Positions 61,831 through 64,000 of a DNA stretch of 64,000 nucleotides are shown one piece after another. Position numbers and translations under genes: made by a program. The stretch lies in assembly GCA_051313645.2 (NCBI GenBank), contig JBNRSN020000005.1, positions 192,882,001 to 192,946,000 of the forward strand. The letters are read 5' to 3'. How positions within the stretch are numbered: position 1 is the stretch's first letter; each line of letters begins with the position of its first letter. This DNA comes from Centroscyllium fabricii. Lineage: Eukaryota. The notes beneath the pieces are model-generated. The model was not told the DNA's origin and did no database searches. It was given only the letters and a program-made list of their open reading frames with translations.

Positions 61831-64000
61831 AGTTGGTTGTTAACAGTAGTGTTAGTAGTTACTTCGCTAAGTCCCAGGACTAGTTGGCTGAGGGGACTTC
61901 TCTTTATGTTCGCTTCTTGGCATTTCAGGGCTTTGTAGTGATAGCTGTGGGGGTTGCTCAGTTTTAGATGTTTCCAGAATTTGATTGCTCTTTTTTGGAT
62001 ATTAATTAGTAGTGGATATTGGCCTAACTCTGCCCTGCATGCATTGTTTGTGGTTTTCCTCTGAGTCCAGAGGATACTCTTACAGAACTCAGCATGTAGG
62101 GTCTCAATTGGGTGTTTGTCCCATTTTGCAAATTCGTGGTGTGTTAGCAGACCCCACACCTCGCTGCCATAAAGTGCAATTGGTTCAATTACTGAATTAA
62201 AAATTTTGATCCAAATGCCAGGTGGAATTTCTATTTGGATTGACTTCTTAATGGCATAGAATGCCCTTCTAGCTTTCTCTTTCACTTCATTCACAGCCAA
62301 GTGAAAATTTCCCGTGGAACTGATTTTTAAGCCTAAGTATGTGTAGTTTGTAGTTTGTTCAATTTTTGTTGCTCCTAGTGTGAAGTTTGTTTTGTTTCCC
62401 TGATGTCTGGATCTTTGCTGGAACACAAGAACTTTGGGGTTTTTTGGGTTTATTTTCAAGGCCCAATTCTGGCAGAATGACTCTAACCAATCAAGGTTCT
62501 GCCGTAGACCCTCTTCTGTCGGAGACAGCAGAACCAGATCATCTGCATACAGGAGGAATTTAACCTCAGAGTCATGTAGGGCGAGGCCAGGTGCTGTAGA
62601 TTGTTCCAGTGTTTTTGCCAGTTCATTTATATAAATGTTAAAAAGAGTCGGTGAGATAGACGAGCCCTGTGCCACACCACAACCCTGTGGGAAATACTTT
62701 GTTTGTTTTATCTCCGATTTTAACTGCACATTTGTTACCTGTGTACATTGATTTAATTACATCATATGTTTTTCCCCCTATCCCACTTTCAAGGAGTTTT
62801 AGGAATAGACCATCATGCCAAATAGAATCGAATGCCTTTTGGAAATCTATAAAGCAGGCAAAAATTTTGCTTTTGTTTTGGTGGACATGTTTGTCTATTA
62901 GGGTCTGTAGGGTGAAAATATGGTCAGAGGTTCTATAATTTGGTAAGAATCCAATTTGGCTGTTAATCAGGACATTGTGCTCCGTAAGAAAGCTTGTGAG
63001 TCTTTTGTTTATGATACTACAGAATACCTTCCCCAGATTACTGTTCACACAGATGCCTCGGTAATTGTTTGGGTCAAGTTTGTCTCCGCTTTTAAATATG
63101 GGTGTTATGAGTCCTTTGTTCCAGACTTCAGGGAAGTAACCGACACTCAGAACCAAGTTGAAGAGTTTTAGGATAGCCAATTTCATTTTATCATCAGTGT
63201 GTTTTAGCATCTCATTTAGTATGCCATCTGCACCACCTGCTTTTCTTGGTCGCAGGTCCTTAAGTTTTTCAGATAGCTCTCTTTCAGTTATTAAGGAGTC
63301 TAAGGGGTTTTGGTAATCCTTTATGGTCAATTCGAGTTTTTCCAATTTTTTACGTATTTGATCTTGCTCTGGGCTTAGTGTGTGTTTCTGGTACAATTGT
63401 TCAAAATGGTTTTCCCATGTCTCACCATTTTGAATGGGCAATTCGTCTTGTTGCTTTTTGTGTAATGTGTTCCAGTTGTCCCAGAAACTATTTGAATCAA
63501 TAGATTCTTCAATGTCGCTGAGTTTGTTCTTAACATACTGTTCTTTCTTGGTTCTGAGTGTGTTTTTATATTGTGTTAGTGCCTGACAATAGGCAAGGCG
63601 TAATTCCTCATTTTTTGGTTGTCTATGCTTTTGGTTTGATATATTTCTGAGTTTTTTCCTCATGTTATGACAGTCCGAATCAAACCATTTCTCGTGGTTT
63701 CGTGTCTTGGACTTATTCTGGGAAAAGAATTTCAAGTCGGACATTGATGCCAATTTATCAAAAATATTATTAATGTTGTTCACTGCCAGGTTTACGCCTT
63801 CTTTATTGTGGGTGTATGTGTTTTCCAGAAAAGTGCCTAAGAGCGATTGAGTTGATTGACTGCTAATTGCTTTTTGGTATTTTTCAGTGCTGTTTTGGGC
63901 CCATCTGTATGATTTTTTAATTTTGTACAGCTTACTGGGCTGTGTTTCTGTGATGGTTGTTTCCGCTCTTTTGATATACGCAGTAATTTGGCTGTGATCT

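Larger units (their letters stand above)
57764..64000 (-). mobile_element. RTE-X-like LINE ORF2 (frameshifted), split by an LTR element; runs off the window
   Basis: DPNNYRGI, FIDFQKAFD, GVAQGSSISPTLF, LLYADD, LYGSEVWG, CRAELG and a C-terminal CxxC..HFL..C. Frameshift at ~62700; (TTGAA)n tail at 57764-57790. Confidence 0.85.

Overview
This is eukaryotic, repeat-dominated DNA, most likely from a cartilaginous fish (shark). That call rests on HE1-like and SacSINE1-like SINEs, HER1/CR1 LINEs and the two-exon GPR139-like receptor family. About 0.3-23.4 kb is a 43/44-bp satellite containing a ~6.5-kb internal inversion and several retroelement insertions, one of them a 5S rRNA-derived SINE. The only host genes are an intact coding exon of a GPR139-like class A GPCR (25.9-26.8 kb, first exon not found in the window) and a convergent two-exon pseudogene of the same family (51.9-55.8 kb). 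The rest is two more tandem repeats (a 53-bp unit, and a ~61-bp unit carrying CTCF-like motifs), CR1, Rex1, RTE-X and L2/CR1-group LINE pieces, and PIF/Harbinger-type MITEs (one with an internal multi-hairpin foldback). It also holds Penelope-derived palindromic elements with minimal hammerhead ribozymes, a solo LTR and a truncated Sushi-type gypsy element. The most notable element is a young non-autonomous Sushi-type LTR element that keeps a single open gag-protease-acidic-tail ORF and a self-priming site. All coordinates were read by eye; family names come from recalled motifs, not database searches.
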